Notes under the pieces: model-generated | Seen by the model: the letters and a program-made list of their open reading frames with translations, nothing else | Database searches by the model: none | Told to the model about the DNA's origin: nothing | Source of the DNA: Marsupella aquatica | Taxonomy: Eukaryota; Plantae; Marchantiophyta | Reading direction: 5' to 3' | Assembly (NCBI GenBank): GCA_973895155.1 | Contig: OZ316893.1 | Location: forward strand, 7,650,963-7,714,962 | Length of the DNA stretch: 64,000 nucleotides | Made by a program: the position numbers and the translations under genes | Shown: one piece after another, positions 26,869-39,640 of the stretch | How positions within the stretch are numbered: the stretch's first letter is position 1 | How the letters are laid out: every line of letters begins with the position of its first letter

Positions 26869-27309
26869 ACTTTTCGTTTTACTTGCGTTGGATGACACAT
26901 GTGGATAACCACTATTAAGGTACTGTTTGCAGCAGTGTAACCCAGCTGTATTTAATTAAGTGGGAATGGGATGATTCTTTATTTTAATTGAAACTTTCTT
27001 GATGAAGGTGAGAGGGAGGGAGATCCTAAAGTTAAAGTTAGGATAGACCTTGCCCTTGAATCATGCAATTTAGATTTTGGATTACAAATATTTTTTTCAT
27101 TTCATTATAAGATATGTTGTCCATATGTTTGTCAATGGGTGGACGGTCAAGTCAGGTCACACTTAATCTTGCTAATGATACCATGTTTGTCCCCTGAAAC
27201 TCTGAAAGTCTTTTGCGGTGAAACAAAACTTTAAGTTTGCGTGTTTTGTGTCACTTTTCTTATTTTGGGTGTACAGTACTCTGAATGTGTCCATTTGGTA
27301 GTGCATCCG

Positions 27310-27371
27310 GTCATCATGTCAAACATTTATTTTCATGACAGTCATCATGTCAAGCATTTATTTTCATGACA
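27310..27371. repeat. Tandem duplication, 31-bp unit x2
   Basis: GTCATCATGTCAA(A/G)CATTTATTTTCATGACA occurs twice. Confidence 0.8.
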
Positions 27372-27397
27372 GTTGCAGCTTCACCTTTTATATGAAG

Positions 27398-27770
27398 ACA
27401 AGCCCAATGCCGGTGCATTGAACAAAAAATATCAAGGTGATAAAATATGTCGAGGAGAAAAATGATGTAAAAGTGAACAAAAGATATCGAGATGATAAAA
27501 GATGTTGAGAAGAATAGATGTCAAAGTAATAAAAGATGTCAAAGAGAGACAAAAGATGTCAAGGTAATAGAAGATGTGGAGGTGAGGGAAGGATGTAAAG
27601 GAGAAAAGTTGTAAAGGAGAGGAAATATGTCGAGGTGAAAAAAAGATATTAATGTGGAAAATGACATTGAGGTGAGGAAAAGATGTTGAGTAGATAAAAA
27701 GATGTCAAGAATGATGAAAAAATACATCAAGGTGAGAAAAATTGTCAAGTGGCAAAGATGTTGGGGCAAA
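27398..27770 (-). repeat. Degenerate AAAGATGT-core minisatellite (units of about 19-20 bp), next to a possible decayed Helitron 3' end
   Basis: Many AAAAGATGTC(A/G)AGGTGA-like units. They are preceded by ACAAGCCCAATGCCGGTGCATTGAAC, which resembles ACTAG...CCCGTGCGTTGCAC at 31184. Confidence 0.6.
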
Positions 27771-29106
27771 GCATGTCCCAAAGTGTTATTGTGAAAGCAA
27801 TGTTGTGGGGAGGGCGAGAACGTGGGAGGGAACGCAAGACGGGGGGCGGTGGCTGGGGTATCACAGGGTCAAGTGTGGTCGCCCTCTGCTGATAGAGAAA
27901 TTCTCTCTCTCCTTCCATGGTACTGGTTTGTCCTTCCTTTTCCACTTTTGTCAATTGCACAAAAGTTTGAGATGGGATAGTTTTGTATAATGGGATTTAA
28001 AAATATAACAATTGTCATTACATCCATTTCATTGTTCAAACAATTATCACTGTGGCCATTTTGTTGTTGGGGCCATTTTATTCTTGAGGCCACTATGTCT
28101 TTGATCAATAAGGTTATTGCAAAAAAGAATCTAGGAGTGAGTGTTAATCTAACTTGGAAAAAATAGTTCATAGAGAGAATTGAAAAAATAAAATTTCTTG
28201 ATCTACTCCCAATAGACTTAAAATCTTTTTTCACTTTCCTATAAACAGTCCCTTTTGAACTCACAACTTAATTTGTATTGTTCTCTGTCTTTAGTTTACC
28301 TGAATGGGGCAATCATGTGTCCAAATGTCATGTCGGGTCTACTTAAGTTTTCCTGTCAGGCCCACTTATCCACTTACCTATGACAGCCACATGTCAATTC
28401 ACACTCAATTCCCAATGACTTTTTCTAGATGTACGTGTATGAGTCTAGATGTGGGTGGAATCTCATCCCTGCCCCAAGTTGGTACATACTCTTTTACTTT
28501 TCTTTACACAGATCTGATGGGCAGGAAAATGTAAACTTTAAATCCAAGGGTCATGATAAGTTCCCTCCAAAAGTGAATTTTGTAAGCAGACGATGAGTAC
28601 AAAAAGATGGGATTGTATATTATATTGAGTAGATATTATGATGGTAATAATAATATGGAATGAAACTACAATATAGTCGAGAGCATTAGGTTAAGTGCGT
28701 AAAAATAATCAAATCCCACCTCAGTGAAGAGACTTGGTCACTTTGGGCAAAAAATTGCCAGGATTTTTGTCTTCAACTAGTGTAGGCAGTTAACCTGGTC
28801 CAAACTTAATGGGAAAATGAGATAGGAATATTCTTAGCATCTTCTATTTCACACAAGGCCAGGCATTCACTTCGAAAAAAAGGGAAAAAAATATTGAATA
28901 TAATAGAGTAAATGAACAATGATCCAATCATATCAATGGCATGTTTCACTGTATAAAACGACAGGTCAAATAGTGTATATGGAATGCAGACATTAACTGT
29001 ATTGATAAAGTTTTATGGAGTCCAGTCATTTATTAAGTTGGTGTGGTTTTGAGGACCACCTTCAAAGTTGACTAAAGGTACCACTTAAGAGAACTTTGGT
29101 CAACAG

Positions 29107-30394
29107 CTACACTCTTTACATTATTTAGTGTCACGAAACAATTAGTGTCACACACACTAATTTGGGGTAGCTCTTGATTTTCAGCCAAGTGACACTATTT
29201 ACCGTCACCCTTAATTTTGGAAATTAAATTAATATATTGAAAAATATTGATAATTAGAGGTGACAATGTTATTACCCTATACTGCTCTCACTCCAAAGTT
29301 ATCCAAACTCCCAACGACATTTCTTTGTGTGTATGTTCTTAGAAAGTTCCTTTGTGTTTTACCTTGTCAGTCTTTGTGAAAGGAGGTTGATAGATTTATA
29401 ACATGGTGGGAATGGATTGGATTTGCTAGCACAAGGGAAAGAGAATCAAGACTATGCCAAAATGTCAATAATAATTAATCTGCGTCTCGTTTGGCTCATC
29501 CTCGTTGCATTTCAAAAAATGATAAATGAAGACCCAAAAAATGTGGGGACTGGGACACAGGACACATCTAGGAAATCAATAAATCCAGGCAAACATGAGG
29601 GCAAACATTGATTTTTGACATTGGCAAGGGACTCTATAGCTAAGATGAACAGTTCTATTCACAGACATCACATGTCATGCACAAAATTCAACGATAAACA
29701 CTGGTTTGTCTCTAAATGTCAATAGTTTATAGTCTGAAAATCAACTTACACTTGAGCTTCAGAATATCATAGCAAAGTACCAAGTGAATTTTTAAGGGAG
29801 TTGAGTTGGCCTTGACATTGATGTTACTATTGAAGTGGCTCCTGATGTTGGTGAACCAGGTGAAGAGCCAGCTCAACCTCTTCTCTTGGGGTTGTACGCC
29901 ATCTTGCAAGGATGAGACACAGGGGACAGATTGTAGGAGATTGAAAAGAATGTTAGTTTGTAGCTTATGTGAGACAACATGTGGCATAGTTGATCAAAGT
30001 GAATCAAATATATAGATATTGTTTGCTCAATGTGCTTCAAGAGTACCCCAAACTACAAATGTGAGGAGTTATAAATTTCTGAAGTTTGCTTAATATTTGA
30101 GTAGTGTATGGAAGGAGTTATAAGTTTCTGTTTCTGAAGTTTTTTCAATGTTTGAGTAGTTAAATTTGTAAACTATAATCAAATATTGTGTGCATTTTTT
30201 AATTTTTTATAAGCAACTTTTAACTATTGTCCGTTCTTTGTTTTTAACCTTAAGTGTATGTGACACTATTTGACTTGTGACCACAATTAGTGTCATACTA
30301 TATTAGTGTCACACATCCTAATTCCCGTCACTTACCTCAAATATAATCTCACAGTAATTAAAGTGTGTGAGACTAAATACTGTAAAGAGTGTAG
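29107..30394. mobile_element. Non-autonomous TIR element, CACTA/En-Spm-like
   Basis: 28-bp TIRs: CTACACTCTTTACATTATTTAGTGTCAC on the left versus CTACACTCTTTACAGTATTTAGTCTCAC (reverse complement of the right end), 2 mismatches. TAGTGTCAC/GTGACACTA subterminal repeats occur in both orientations near both ends. The terminal CACTA pentamer is degenerate and no transposase is present. Confidence 0.7.
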
Positions 30395-31184
30395 TAGTTG
30401 CTGTAACAGCCCTGCTGCAGATATGCATTGCAAAGTGCGGGGAAGGACTTATGAGAGAGGAAATATGAATCTCAAACACAGAAAGCTGAGATCCTTATAG
30501 AAGAAGAATAAGCCCCAATCATAGATGTTGTCATTCAAGGAGGGCCCCATTCCTCACTTCCAACCCCTGGTGGATGACATTTAGCAAGCATAACTAACAC
30601 AAATGACAAGTGAATAGAACCTATACATTTGCGTGATTTGAATTGAAAAGTTTTAAAGCTGGACTTTGGGTAACTTTTTCATGCTTGGACGTTGGGAGTC
30701 TTAGAATGATGGGTTTGTGCCAAGTTGCATAGAGGAAAAATTATTTCTTCTGACTGTACTACCTATATTTTAATTCATGATCCAGGACCACCTTTCATGC
30801 CTACTTGTGCCTACTTGATATAATAAAGCCATTTATACTATCTATACTATAATTCATGGTCCAGGACCACCTTTCATATGCCCTACTTGATAGAGTAAAG
30901 CCGTGGGCAGTGATTTCACTAGTAACAGAAAATTTAGGTCATTAGACTGTGCTTGTAAGTATGGATGGTAGAGTCTAGGTACGACAAATCTTTCCCATGC
31001 GTATTTGTGCTAGTAACTAATAAACAAGATAGGGGCAAAAAGTAGGGCAGTATCCAGGGAAGGTGCAATTGTGACCGATCTCTAGGACATATTGAGCTGT
31101 AAAATAGATCTATCTAATGTATGAAGAGTGCTACTGACTTTGTTTTTCAACAATTTTGGTTGTCCATCCTGATTTTATAGGTCA

Positions 31185-33719
31185 CTAGCTCAATACCCGT
31201 GCGTTGCACAAAAGATGTTGTGTCGGCCAAGATGTGGTTGAGAAAAAAAAATTCATGTCGGCCAAGAGGTCGTAGAGAAAAAAAGATGTTGCATCGGCCA
31301 AGAGGTCGTTGAGAAAAAAGATGTCGTGTCGGCCAAGATATTATTGAGAAAAAAGATGTTGTGTTGGTCAAGAAGTTGTTGAGACAAAGGATGTCGTGTT
31401 AGCTAAGAAGTCATTGAGAAAAAAATTATCATTTTAGGCCAAGAAGTTGTTGAGACAAAGGATGTCGTGTAGTCTAAGAAGTCGTTGAGAAAAAAAATGT
31501 TGTGCCGGTAAAGATGTTGTTGAGGAAAAACACCTGTGCGTTGCACCGGGCGTTGCACAAAAGATGTCATTAAGAAAAAAATGTTGTGTCGCCCAAGATG
31601 TTCTTATGTGAAAGATGTCATGAAATAAAATGATGTCATTAAGAAAAAAGAAGTCATTTTGCCAAATAGGCCATTATGTGAAAGATGTCATTAAGAAAAA
31701 TGTGTCATTTTGCCAAAGATATTGTGAAGTAAAAGATGCTATAAGTGTCGTTTCACCCTGGAAGTTGTTGTTATATGAAAGATGTTGTGAACTAAAAATT
31801 CAAGGAGGGAAGGAGCGAGTCGACCAAGAGTCAGGGTTGTTGCGGCTTGATCCCGGGCTCAATGCTATCGTCACGGCCAACATCCAAGGGGTGGCATGGT
31901 GTTTTTGGTCCTATTCCTTTGTCTCTGTAATAGTCAAACTATTTTGTTTTGTTTTTTACACACAATGTCCCTGCATTTGAATGACAACCACTCTATAAAT
32001 TGGTGCCTATTTGAATGACGACCACTCTATACTGGGCGAGGGGCTGCCCTATATTGCGAGTGTGCCCCTCAACGCCCGTGCCATGCGCTTCACTATGTCT
32101 TTGAGTCTTATTGCTTTTGTTTTTTGGCATTGAAAATGACAGTGCAAGTGAGTGTAAAAATCACCACAAATATTGGGAGAAAAGTTTTTAATTGATTAGT
32201 GACAGTATTGATTTAAACAGTATTGACTAAAATACTGTTACTAATTAAACTTTTCTTACCAGTATTACACAAAACTAACAAAAATATATTCCATCATAAT
32301 ATTAAAAATATATAATACTTATTTGCATGTATAATACTTCCTTGCATGTATCATGTAGAGGATCCTCCTTGATCCTAGTGCATTGTTAAAGTTTTGCACT
32401 TGTTTTAGTTGGTGTCTAGTGTGATTATTTGTTGCAACAATGATGCAACTTTTTGTGATCAACACTAAACCCAAGTCACACTTTGGCTTTATTAATATTT
32501 ATCTTTGACCAAATTTTTAAATTTTTGTACCCTGCATATTTGAATGACGACCACTTCATTTTTTGGTGCAACCTTGTATTATAATTCTTGATTCGTGAGA
32601 GAACTACATTTGTAAGGGGTACATCAGTACCCAAAGCTGGGCAAGTTCCCCATGAGGCGCACTAGTGACTACTCCAAGAGTATCGACCAGGATGACTCAA
32701 CTTGGACTAACTAAAAGGTTGCGAAGTGGTTATTAGTGTTTTTCTTTCTCAAATCCACCAGAGTAGGTTAAAGTGCATCACAAGCCACAAGGCTTTTACT
32801 ACAGTACTACATACACGCAAATCATTATTATTTTTGATGAGGTGTTGAAATCTGAACATGCTTGTGGAAAAAGGAAAAGTGCAGAAAGATGCATATAAAG
32901 TGGGACCCATTCTCCCAAACCGCCTTCCTGAGCTACTCACATTTTGACAATAAATTTTGGCGTGTGTGCTTGTCGCTATGGAGTCTGGACTGCAGTGGTG
33001 CAGTAATGTTTTGGAGGTGTACGGGTGAGCGTCAGAAGTAGTTACATTAACGATTTAACGTAGATGGGCACTTAGTGTGCGACTGTGCAGTTCAGGAGCG
33101 GCACTGCAGTAGCCGGCCAAGATTGCGGGCTTCACGAGACAGGCGGATGGAATCGTGTGGGTCCTCGGACTTGGGAGATGCGACCACTTGGAGACCAAAG
33201 GGAATGTCAGTGGACCCCTTTCGGAAGCAGTCCTAGAGCAACGTTACAGTTCCGTGACACTTGTATACCAGCGTAACGAGAAGCAGTTACAGGTCACATG
33301 TGCTAGTCTCGCACTCTTACAGGTTACATAGACTTGGAGATATTTTCTTGATGAACATACTAGAAAAACGTGAAGGAGCCCCTCCAGGGGAAAAACCCCT
33401 TATTAGTTTAAAGGGACCCCCTGGCTTTTAGTCCCTGCGACCCCAATCTCCCTAGCCAGCCGGTAGCCCGGTTCACCAGCCTGGCTGCCTGGTACCATGC
33501 AGCCCTACTAGTGTCCCTCATTTTCAAAGGTTTTTTTTCTTTCGTAAGTAGTGGCTCACATGGTGTGGAGAGGATGATTCTAAACATATTTAGAGTATGA
33601 AAGGTCTTTAGAAGCTATATGGCAAATGCACTTTTCAGATTTTGTTTTACTCATAATTTTTGTATCATGTATTTTTATTCAATGTGCTTTATCAAGGGGC
33701 ATCCTTTGTATTATATAGA
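31185..33719 (-). mobile_element. Non-autonomous Helitron-like element; 3' end well supported, 5' end tentative
   Basis: The minus-strand 3' end is GTGCAACGCACGGG-TATTGAG-CTAG|T (GC hairpin plus CTAG, 31185-31210), and a second copy of the hairpin lies at about 31533. An AAAGATGT-core tandem array spans 31210-31790. The candidate 5' end is A|TCTATATAATAC at 33719. Confidence 0.55.
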
Positions 33720-34602
33720 TTTTAATTAATTTTTTAACCCCTTTACTTTTTGGTATCTTAGAGAATTTTGAACTCATTTTGGCAGCCCTCTTAATTTTAA
33801 ATCCCGTGACTTTAATTTTTATCACTTGAACAATTTTTTTAAGTCTTCTCATGAGAGAGAAAAATGATTCTAAATAAATGTGAACACATGGTGTCCTAAG
33901 TTCCCCTCATGAAATTCTTCCCTAATTTTATGGTTTTTATTGAATTAAGTGTCTTTTTGCCAGTAACTCATAGAGTCAGGGCACTGGTATGCATAATAGA
34001 TATTGGTCTGTACAAATGTGTTGGCCCCTTACTGATGTTGACTTAACCCACTTTGCGACCGTCTCAAATTGAAAACCCCCAGGGTTAATTTTCCCAACAG
34101 ATGTTTTGACCTATAATAACACTGCAGTAGGGCGTCTCAAAGTTGCCCTTTCCCCCAAAAGAATCCCAATATTCCAGTCCACACCCCCACTAAAAATGTA
34201 TTAGCTATTTTTTGGTTATCATAAGCTAGTGCTTTTTTGTTTCCATTACCGCCCAGCCAGAGCCCTACATACCCGGGTAGTTGCCAGAATCTGATGGTTC
34301 TTCTTAAAACTAGGGGGATCTAAGGATCAATATTAATCTGAGAAAACTTTACAAAGAAGATTCTTGGAATCTTTTGCTTCACTCAAGTGACATTTCCCAC
34401 TTTGAGAAACAAATAATAATCTTTAAAACAGACTTGCAAGGGCAACATGGCTAGAGGGTACTAGGCTGGTTGACCATGGAACACTTAAGGGAGTAAATTG
34501 GTGGAGTTGCAGGGGTTGTGCATGGGTTGCAGGGGCTCGGGCCCTGGGAGTCCTTTTCAAAAGAAGGGGCCTCGTCAGGGTTTTGTTTCCCTGAGGGGCC
34601 CC
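33374..34602. repeat. Pair of diverged inverted GC-rich repeats (about 33374-33506 and 34439-34602)
   Basis: GGAGCCCCTCCAGGGGAAAAAACCCCT...GGTTCACCAGCCT...CCATGCAGCCCT matches the reverse complement of the right block, GGGGCCCCTCAGGGAAACAAAACCCT...GGTCAACCAGCCT...CCATGTTGCCCT. Confidence 0.5.
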
Positions 34603-34619
34603 ACCAAGCTATTTTTTTC

Positions 34620-34741
34620 TTTGATGGACCCCCAAATGAAAGTGGTATTTGATGGACCCCATAAGTAATCCAGACCTCAAATCAACACCCAAACCCTCAT
34701 GGGGATGGTTGGTGAGAAAACTTTGGTTTGGGGGTCCATCC
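34620..34741. mobile_element. MITE-like element, GATGGACCC family, copy 3
   Basis: TTGATGGACCCCCAAATG at the left end, an internal TTGATGGACCCC, and TTTGGGGGTCCATCC at the right end. Confidence 0.65.
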
Positions 34742-35624
34742 AGTAATTGACTCCATAGACTTTCACTCCTATGGACTCACTGTTGGTTAATCCATAACGG
34801 TCATGGGCTGGAAGGCGGTGAGTCCAAAGGGGTCATAATCTAGGTTAGCAAGTGTGACCCTGCCACTCTTCTTTGACAGAAAATGTTGAAATTTTGAGAG
34901 TAGGCCAGGCTGGCTAGAATTCTGAGACTTGGAAACCCCTGAGTGGCCAATTAGCTGGTGAAGTTTACACAATCGGGACCTCCCTGGAATTACAAAGAAA
35001 ACAAGAGATGAGGGGTTTATGTTTCGAGTAAGGCCTAGAAACAGGGGATCACGATTTCTCAAAGCAGGAGCCAGTCAGAGGAGGAGGGTGGCTTACAAAT
35101 GTAATCCTCTATGGGTACAGGACCTTGGGCAGGACCTAAATTAATTAGCTTAAACCAAAGTCTCAAAATTTGTGAGAAAGTAACACCATTTCTCACTTCT
35201 TAGTGAATCACATAAAATTTGTAACCCACTACATCCACTCGCACAAACACTAAGCAAAATTTGAGGCTTTGGTTGAAACCTTCAGTGTCATCTAAATTGT
35301 AGGATGGTGGTTTACTACCCCTTGGCATTAAGGTCTTGTGAAAGAGCACTCAACTTGTAAAACAAGTAGGTGGAAAGAGCTCAACCTGACAATCTCATAT
35401 AATCATTTCATTGAAAGTTTTCCCAGACATATGAGTTGCAGACCAAGATACAACTTCATCTGACTGACCAGCTACAGCAAAATCTCAAACATATATATAT
35501 CAAACTGCCAAAAAACAGAGGGCGCCGAACCGGGAGACATGATCCCACAGGCAAAAGACCCAATCAAGGGGGGAAACCACCAAGGGGCCAAGAAAAGCAA
35601 ACCCAAAGACAGGAACCCAAACGC

Positions 35625-38600
35625 CTACCTATCAGCAAACTGGAGAGCCTGGTAAAGCTCCGGTGTGAACTGCATGGGGGGGTCAAGCAAAGGAATCCTA
35701 CTAGCGGCCCTAAGACCAACAGTCTCCCCCCCTACGAAGAATAGTGAACGCCTGAGCCCGCTGAAGCGCAACAGACACCCTCTGTCTAAAGAATGCAGTG
35801 ATGACCGACACAGGGGGATAGGGCCTCCGCTCGACGTACTGAACTGCGCAAGAGCGAAGAAAACGGTCAAAGGATGGGTGTAGCGCCCCAAAGACCTCCA
35901 CGGCAAACGGGTAGAAGAGGTCCCCGGGGTACCGCACAGCATAGGCCTCCTCCTTCAGCCGAGCTGCCCTCGCGGCGGCATGGCCAGGTATATGAGCCGC
36001 CGAAGCCACGTTGGCCCCACTAGTCGGATCAGCAACAACGACATCCCCAAGGGCACAAACACCAGCGCGAGAGAATACCAAATCTGCACGACGGCGATCA
36101 GAAACCCCATCCCGTGGAGGTAACACATGTCTCTGCTCCATCATGACATGGTAACCAGAATCACGGGCAATGGCCGCCACCATGTCCCAAATGTCGTCGT
36201 GTGTCGCAGTCCTCTCACTACCATGACCGCACCTGAGAATGTGAATGCCTTGCCCATCAAGGGGCGCACCACAGACGCAAGTGGGCTGACCCAAGAGGCA
36301 AGGGTGAGGAAGACCCAACCGAAGGCGCGTGGATGTGGTAAAAATAAAAGAACTCATACGAAAGGGGGCCCAAAGAGGACTCGCCGATAGCCAGGCCCCC
36401 GAACCAGCGCCCGAACCGGATAAAAGACGAGCCCATACCGAATCCGAGGGTGCCTCAGAAAGCATGCTGGAAAGGGTGTGTCGGTGCATGCGATCAGAAA
36501 TCACCTGTTGGACTCGATCCGGGCTGTCCAAAACAACTCCCTCGAAAGCAGGGACCACGCTCTGCACGTCCTCCGGCAATAATGACCGTGCATGACGAAG
36601 CTGGACCTGAAAAGGGAGAGCTCCGTTCTCCACTCCCATGACCGAGTCAGAGAGGATAGGCCGAAGGTCCACAATGAAACGTGAGGCCAGGGCAGGGGCC
36701 ACCTGCGCCCAACTACCAAGAAATGCGCAAGGGGCAGTGTCCACTGCCGAGGCCACCCCCATACCCCCTCCCGATGGGGGTAACGCAGCCTGCCTAGCCG
36801 CAAAAGAACCATCCTCTCCATCAAGGGCTCCCGGACCAATGAGGTGACCAAAGACTCTCATCACAGTGGTGTCAAATGAAGAGAGTAAGGACAGGAACAT
36901 CGCGGTAGGAGGGACTGTCCGGAGAAGATAGGAATGACGCCGAACAAAACAAAGGACCAAGATCAAAAAGGAGATCTGGGCATCCCCCAAGGACGCCAAC
37001 TGGTCAATATGCAAAACGTCCTGGGATAGGGCCGCAAGAAGAAAATCCTGCTCAAAGACCGCTCCCCCGAAAGGCACCCCAAGGACTCTAATGCCCTCGA
37101 GCCGAATGGGTATACCAAGAGGTGGGGTGAAAGAGTGGGGGAGGGGGAGACGAGACCAAACCCCACACTTCCAAGGCTGGACTGAAAGACCAATAAGGGT
37201 AAGCTGGTCCACAAAGTGGGAATAGGCGTCCCCAACAAGCGAGACCGGGGCAACAATGTGAGTGTCATCCGCAACAGAAGGAAACATGCAACCCGGGAAG
37301 GCATCCGAAGAGGCACGAATAGCACGAAGGTGCGCCATAGCAAACAACGCCCCACCAAGGGGGTCACCCTGCCTAGTCCCGGACTCGGATGAGATGGTCA
37401 CATAGGACCCAGGAACAAGATGGTCAGGGTAAATCAGGGGGGTCGGGGCCCCATAGAAGGCCCGGGCAAAGGGGATGAGGGATGCGATCTCCCCTCCAGC
37501 GGCCCGCAACTCCTCGAACATGACCCGACGGGATACAGAGTTGAATGCATTAGCCACATCCACCTGAATAACCGCCCAGTCGGGGTGGATATCCAAGATG
37601 GCACGAAGGCCATGCACCACACTCTCGCAACCGCCAGGGGTGGCCACACCAAACTGGTGAGGAAAAAAGTGTGACGAAAAGGTAGCCCGAGTTTGCAGAC
37701 AAACACAACGGCTCACCAAGCAAAACAAGACCTCCCCAATGGCCAAGGGCCTGACACCCCCAGTCTCTTTGGCCATAGCCAGAAGCCGACAGGCCCCCAA
37801 AAGCCGAGCGACCACGGGAGGAATACGGCCCCCCGCGACATGGGCACAAACCTGGAACAACTCAAAAAAACCAGATGCCGAGTCGTCGGGACAAAAGCAA
37901 TCGCGTAGGTGCTCGAACCTCATCCCAGAAATCCTGCCCGCGGATAGGCGGGGTAGATGAAGGAAGACAGAGGAGAATACCTCACGGGATAGGGAGAACT
38001 CGGTCTCAGGGGTAAAGCTCCCGAGAAAACAAGGAACCTCGGATGCAGCCGGGGGATGAAGAGACCGTAAGGCAAGAACTGTCTCGGCTGATGGAGGAGA
38101 GGGGGAGAGGGGGACCAAGGAGCGAGCGGCCCGAGAAAACTCCCCCGCCTGCCCCAATAGAAGGCACTGGCGAAGCCGGCGCTGCCCTGGAGGGACAGAT
38201 GGCTCCTCGACTGGCTCAGAGGTCCGAGAGGCCAACGCTAACAACCTATGGTAATACTCCTCATGAAGCGAAGCCCAATCCCCAGAAAGGAACCGTTGCA
38301 ACCGGACCAAGGTCTCCCTATGCCCAGACGGCCCCCCCCCCGCGGAGGAAGGACCAGCACCCAATGAGGGAGCAGGAGGAGCAAGGACCAAGCCCCAACA
38401 TCTGAGGGGTCGCGAGCCAAGCGGTCGAAGGGAAGACGAAAGGCTCTCTGAAGGAGAGGCCGCACGGGCACGGGAATCCTAGTAAACAAACGGGGATGCC
38501 GAAAACCGGGATAGAGGGCGGCAAGGACATCAAGGTGAGCCAACCAATCCCAAGAGGAGGGAGGGGGCCCAGATGGAGGTGGGGGGAGGACGGGGGGTGG

Positions 38601-38828
38601 AGGCAAGGTGGAGGAGGAAGCACGAAGGGCAGGACAGGAACGACGGTGGCGCGTCAAACCTGACGGCCGGTACCAACTATGACAAGCATCGCACTGGACA
38701 TGGGGATCAGAAGGGGAAGTGGGAGGTGAGGAGGGACGAGGGCGACGAACGGAAAGAGGAGTGGAGTAGGGAGAAGCCGGTGGGCCCGGAGTGGGGTAAG
38801 GGGAACTCAGAAAGGGAAGAGGCTCCAT
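35625..38828 (-). pseudogene. Retrotransposon ORF: N-terminal C2HC zinc finger, reverse transcriptase, CCHC knuckle and RLE; about 1067 aa once two homopolymer indels are corrected
   Basis: ATG at 38828. Zinc finger CDAC-x9-TRHRRSC. RT motifs: GGVRPLAIGE, HQFGV, DVANAFN, GTRQGDPLGG, SVADDTH, IRVLGVPFG, GGMGV. RLE region: CVC...HILRC...RTATHD...E...RRADLV...GDVVV...K...Y...FYPFAVEVFG. Frame breaks fall at the C10 run 38332-38341 and the C7 run 35726-35732; the shifted frame continues ETVGLRAASRIPLL...FADR*. Confidence 0.85.
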
Positions 38829-39640
38829 GTGAAAATGAAAATATAAAACAGGGATGAAGAAGAAACATATAAAGTAGGCAAGTCCAACAAAAACAAACAG
38901 AAAATATTACGAAAGCGACAACAAAAACAAAAGCAAAGGATGGATGACCGAAGCAAAGAACCTCGACCCGGTAGTGACAACAACCGCACGTCTAAAAGGA
39001 CCGCCGCAGCCTCGCGCAAAGGAAGCTGTCGCGGAGGCACCCCCTCCGAACAGAACACCAAGAAGCCACGCCACAACGTGCTCCCCCAGGTCACGAACCA
39101 ACCCCGGCTCAGAGCCAGGAGAAAAAGCGCCGGACCCCAGGCCAGGCCAGGGCCGGTCACCAGGCTGGAGCAGAAATCCAACCAGCAGCCGAGAAGGCTC
39201 CCGAGCACCAAAACCTCCCCGCCAAACAGAGCCGAGGGGCCCGGAAAAACAGCCCCCAAAGGGCCAAAGCCAGCAGAACGAGGAGCACCGAAAGAGGAGA
39301 ACCAAGGATGAAAAGCCCGGGGCCAACAACCCACACGAAAATCCCGAAGAGGAGGGAAAAGGGGGGGGGGGATCCGAGGGTCACCCCGGCGGAAGGAGCC
39401 CCTCTCCGAGGGGCAGGGGGTCCCTCATAATGAGGCCCCCCATAAAAGGGCCCCTTCGCACGCCGTACCCTGGCTCCGCCACGCGTCAGCCTCTGCAGCG
39501 CGTCAGCGCCCAGCCCCCCGCAACCCGGCTCACCCCCACCGCGCTCGACCTCGCTCGCCCGACCCTCCCTCCACTCACTTGCTCCCCCGCACCTCCCGAC
39601 CCCGGCCCGCGCGACTGCCGCTCCGCCTCCGGTCTGCACA

